This document shows, in pieces, positions 61,056 through 64,000 of a stretch of 64,000 nucleotides of DNA. This DNA is from an uncultured Clostridia bacterium. GTDB lineage: Bacteria > Bacillota > Clostridia > Lachnospirales > CAG-274. The position numbers and the translations under genes were made by a program. Location: assembly GCA_947627425.1 (NCBI GenBank), contig CANQVZ010000005.1:6117-70116 (forward strand), read 5' to 3'. Position 1 is the first letter of the stretch, and every line of letters begins with the position of its first letter. Under the pieces are notes generated by a model. The model was not told the DNA's origin. It worked only from the letters and a program-made list of their open reading frames with translations, and made no database searches.

Positions 61056-62378
61056 ATGAGAAATTATGCTACACAGTTGGACGCGGCAAAAAAGGGCATC
61101 ATCACAAGGGAAATGGAAATAGTTGCCAAGAAGGAGTACAAAACTCCCGAGCAGATAAGGGAGCTTGTGGCAAGGGGTACGGTGTGTATACCCGCCAACA
61201 TCAACCACACCGCTCTTGACCCCGAGGGCATAGGCGAGGATATGCGCACAAAGATAAATGTAAACCTCGGCATTTCGGGCGACTGCAAGGACTATACAAT
61301 GGAAATGAACAAGGTCAAAATGGCTATAGAATACGGCGCAGAGGCTATAATGGACCTTAGCAACTACGGCAAGACAAACACCTTCAGAAAGGAGCTTGTC
61401 GCCATGTCTCCCGCCATGATAGGCACTGTGCCCATGTATGATGCTATAGGCTATCTTGAAAAGGACCTTATGCAGATAACGGCAAAGGAATTTCTGGAGG
61501 TAGTGGAGGCCCATGCCAAGGAGGGCGTTGACTTCATGACCATTCATGCGGGCATCAACAAGAGGGCGGTTGAGTCCTTCAAGAGGGATAAAAGAAGGAT
61601 GAACATTGTTTCAAGGGGCGGTTCTCTCCTCTTTGCATGGATGGAGATGACCGGCAATGAAAATCCCTTCTATGAATTTTATGATGATGTGCTTGAAATA
61701 CTCAGAAAATATGATGTTACCATTTCTCTGGGCGATGCTTTAAGACCGGGCTGCAATGACGACGCCACGGACGCGGGACAGATAGCGGAGCTTATAGAGC
61801 TTGGATATCTCACAAAGAGAGCTTGGGAAAAGGATGTTCAGGTAATGGTAGAGGGTCCCGGACATATGGCAATTGACGAGATTGCGGCAAATATGAAGCT
61901 CCAGAAGAGGCTCTGCCACAATGCGCCTTTCTATGTTCTCGGACCTATAGTTACGGATATTTTCCCTGGCTATGACCATATCACCTCCGCGATAGGCGGA
62001 GCTATAGCCGCTTCAAACGGCGCGGACTTCCTCTGCTATGTTACGCCTGCCGAGCACCTCAGACTTCCCGATGAAGCCGATGTAAAGGAGGGCATAATAG
62101 CCAGCAAAATAGCCGCCCATGCCGCTGATATAGCCAATAAATATCCCCACGCAAGGGATATAGACAACGCCATGTCGGACGCAAGACACGCCCTTGACTG
62201 GGAAAAAATGTTTGAGCTTGCCGTTGATGGCAAAAAGGCAAGAGAATATTACGAGAGCGTTCCGCCAGCAGAAAGACATACCTGCTCAATGTGCGGTAAG
62301 ATGTGCGCCGTAAGAACCACAAATATGATACTCGACGGCAAAAAGGTGGAATTTTGTAAAGAAGACGGCAGCTGTTAA
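61056..62378 (+). CDS. thiC: Phosphomethylpyrimidine synthase
   Basis: 440 aa, beginning [21 protein letters not shown], with the C-terminal CSMCGKMC cluster motif. GGAGGT RBS. The track ORF from 60990 over-extends into the riboswitch terminator. Confidence 0.93.
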   Translation: MRNYATQLDAAKKGIITREMEIVAKKEYKTPEQIRELVARGTVCIPANINHTALDPEGIGEDMRTKINVNLGISGDCKDYTMEMNKVKMAIEYGAEAIMDLSNYGKTNTFRKELVAMSPAMIGTVPMYDAIGYLEKDLMQITAKEFLEVVEAHAKEGVDFMTIHAGINKRAVESFKRDKRRMNIVSRGGSLLFAWMEMTGNENPFYEFYDDVLEILRKYDVTISLGDALRPGCNDDATDAGQIAELIELGYLTKRAWEKDVQVMVEGPGHMAIDEIAANMKLQKRLCHNAPFYVLGPIVTDIFPGYDHITSAIGGAIAASNGADFLCYVTPAEHLRLPDEADVKEGIIASKIAAHAADIANKYPHARDIDNAMSDARHALDWEKMFELAVDGKKAREYYESVPPAERHTCSMCGKMCAVRTTNMILDGKKVEFCKEDGSC

Positions 62379-62385
62379 AAAATCA

Positions 62386-62652
62386 ATAATGACGGGCTTT
62401 TGGTTTTGGCACAAAGCTAGGTAAAACCTCTGCCCTTGCCCGTAGGGGCGTGCATTGCACGCCCGATTGCATGGCGATATTCTCCCGCCATGCTAGAATG
62501 TATGAAGCAGTGTATCCCCGCCCGTCTTATCGATTTCCCCGCTCGCTGATGAAAGGCTCGCTTAGGAAATGATAATGACGGGCTTTTGGATTTTGGCACA
62601 AAACTAGGTAGAACCACTGCCTTTGCCTGTATGGGCGACTTGTAGTCGCCCG
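62386..62652. repeat. Two tandem copies (period ~186 bp) of an ~80-bp element that ends in a GC-rich hairpin
   Basis: ATAATGACGGGCTTTTGG(A)TTTTGGCACAAA(G/A)CTAGGTA...GCC(C/T)GTA(G/T)GGGCG-hairpin at 62386-62465 and 62572-62652. The hairpins are GGGCGTGCA-t-TGCACGCCC and GGGCGACT-tgt-AGTCGCCC. Confidence 0.75.
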
Positions 62653-62664
62653 TTTTCCCGCATG

Positions 62665-62699
62665 AAAACACCCTCCCATTCGGGAGGGCATTTATTTTC
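62665..62699. terminator. Bidirectional intrinsic terminator
   Basis: CCCTCCC-attc-GGGAGGG is flanked by an A-rich run on one side and a T-rich run on the other. Confidence 0.75.
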
Positions 62700-62703
62700 G
62701 CTT

Positions 62704-62898
62704 TTACTTATCGCTTTCTTTTTCCGCTGACATCTGAGCGTTATACAATTCATATATAACCTCTGTCAAAAGCTGTTCTATGCTGTCATAGAATTCAGCC
62801 ATAAGCAATTCCGTTGTCCTTGAGACAGGCGAATCGGAAGAATTGTAGATCCTGTCTGCGGCTTCGACGATTAAATTATGTATCTCGTCTCTTGACAT
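62704..62898 (-). CDS. Hypothetical small protein (64 aa)
   Basis: The MSRDEIHN start is preceded by an AAAGGGGTGAG RBS. The track ORF extends to 63027. A remnant of a paralogue C-terminus lies at 22595-22665. Confidence 0.5.
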   Translation of the reverse strand: MSRDEIHNLIVEAADRIYNSSDSPVSRTTELLMAEFYDSIEQLLTEVIYELYNAQMSAEKESDK

Positions 62899-63242
62899 AA
62901 AGCTCACCCCTTTCGTAATGTTTTTGAGTAGTTTCAACTCATATAAACATTTTACACCAAAAAATTCCATAAGTGAAGTAACAAATAGTATTATTCTATG
63001 AACATTTCGAAAATCTTTTGTTAACATTCTCTAATGGAGGCGTTATGGTGAACTTATGTCCGACTTTTTAAGTTTTTTATATTTCTTTATATCTCCTTTT
63101 TATCCCTTCGTCAAAATAAAAATATCACAAATATCTGTTCTGTACAAGTATATATAAAAAATTTTTATCACACCCAAGAAACAGAAATTTTATATTTTCC
63201 TCAAAACGGGAAAATACAAACCACTTTGCGACCGTCTCAAAC

Positions 63243-63383
63243 TATACTTTAGGACGGTCATTTTTCTTTTTATTTTTATAGTCAAATTGTACCATAATAT
63301 GATTATATTGTCAATATAATTTGGATATAATTTATATAATTTGGGGGAAATAAAAGGACTTTTTGGAACCGTCCTAAAGTATA
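63243..63383. promoter_or_regulatory. 16-bp perfect inverted repeats flanking a consensus promoter (candidate invertible promoter)
   Basis: IR-L is TATACTTTAGGACGGT (63243-63258). IR-R is ACCGTCCTAAAGTATA (63368-63383). Between them, on the minus strand, lies TTGACA (63314-63309), a 17-nt spacer, then TACAAT (63291-63286). Confidence 0.5.
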
Positions 63384-63413
63384 CATTAAGACGTGTTAAA
63401 AAGGAGGAATTTT

Positions 63414-64000
63414 ATGAAGATCAAACAAACCGCAGGCTTTATATTATCTTTTGCTATAGCTATATCAAGCCTTAATGTGGGATTTGCAGGAGAATCAGAG
63501 AAAAAAGATTTAATTGACATTTCTGCAATAGACATTGTTACATCATATTCTGCTGTTGATAATTTCATAAGTTTAGCTTCAGCATCCAATATAACGGAAT
63601 ATTCTGTTGAAAACGGCAAAATATATTTTGATACTGCCACAGGTACAATTATTGGCTGCGACAAAGATGTAACTGCTGTTGATATACCCAATTATATAAA
63701 TGGTGCAACAGTAAGAGAAATAGGGGATTATGCATTTAATGGAACAAGAGTTAAATCTATAAATATACCGGACAGTATTATATCAATAGGAAATTCGGCT
63801 TTCTTAAATTGCACCGGACTTGAAAAAATAAATATTCCTTCAAATATCAACTATATAGGGGATTATGCATTTTCGGGTTGCAGTATATTGAAAAATATTG
63901 AAGTGCCGGACGGTATCACATCTATAAGTGATTATACATTTTACAAATGCGGTATAAATGAAATCAAATTGCCGACCGGATTGAGTAACATAGGAAAACA
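63414..64000 (+). CDS. BspA-type leucine-rich repeat surface protein, N-terminal part; continues past the window end
   Basis: Absent from the ORF track because it runs off the edge. Manual translation gives MKIKQTAGFILSFAIAISSLNVGFA (signal peptide) followed by LRR_5-like units such as IPNYINGATVREIGDYAFNGTRVKSINIPDSIISIGNSAFLNCTGLEKINIP. AAGGAGG RBS. Confidence 0.8.
   Translation, partial: MKIKQTAGFILSFAIAISSLNVGFAGESEKKDLIDISAIDIVTSYSAVDNFISLASASNITEYSVENGKIYFDTATGTIIGCDKDVTAVDIPNYINGATVREIGDYAFNGTRVKSINIPDSIISIGNSAFLNCTGLEKINIPSNINYIGDYAFSGCSILKNIEVPDGITSISDYTFYKCGINEIKLPTGLSNIGK

Overview
The window looks like a chromosomal segment of a moderate-GC Firmicute, class Clostridia, probably Oscillospiraceae/Ruminococcaceae-like. 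Supporting signs are the sporulation gene yunB, ATA-rich Ile codon usage, and SLH, BspA-type LRR and dockerin-like surface proteins. This placement is an inference from gene content only.

Most of the window is housekeeping. It contains:
- rnj, ruvX, ireB, rpsU and hslO
- a thiS-thiG-thiH-thiE cluster and a separate thiC gene behind a canonical TPP riboswitch
- a SulP transporter and a GldA/F/G-like ABC system with a DUF4340 protein
- metNIQ, an AlaX-like editing protein and mtaB
- the glycolytic block pgk-tpiA-gpmI-eno
- tRNA-Ser(GCU), dapF, yunB and a class A PBP
- the complete F1Fo ATP synthase operon (atpZ, I, B, E, F, H, A, G, D, C)
- a polar amino-acid ABC transporter

Two low-GC accessory islets interrupt this backbone.

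1. Islet at 27958-31584, about 3.6 kb, near the window centre. It sits inside an intergenic terminator and is bounded by a perfect 40-bp direct duplication of that terminator hairpin. It carries an XRE-HTH::ImmA/IrrE fusion gene followed by a translationally coupled trio: a DUF4417-like protein, a small PD-(D/E)xK-like protein and a pentapeptide-repeat protein. I consider this the best candidate for an undescribed peptidase-gated toxin/defence module.
2. Islet at about 40.6-45.0 kb, between eno and tRNA-Ser. It carries an AbiEi/AbiEii-like pair, an SLH surface protein, a VbhA-Fic toxin-antitoxin pair, and an inverted, diverged fragment of the SLH gene 3' end.

Other notable signals:
- A consensus promoter flanked by 16-bp perfect inverted repeats lies upstream of a BspA-LRR surface protein gene and faces away from it, which makes it an inverton candidate.
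- The thiS leader is non-canonical: it has no TPP core and contains a terminator, so it may be an HMP-PP/thiS-motif riboswitch.
- ThiS carries a GG-CI tail.
- A family of GC-rich REP-like hairpin repeats is present.

No rRNA genes, CRISPR arrays, transposases or integrases were found.
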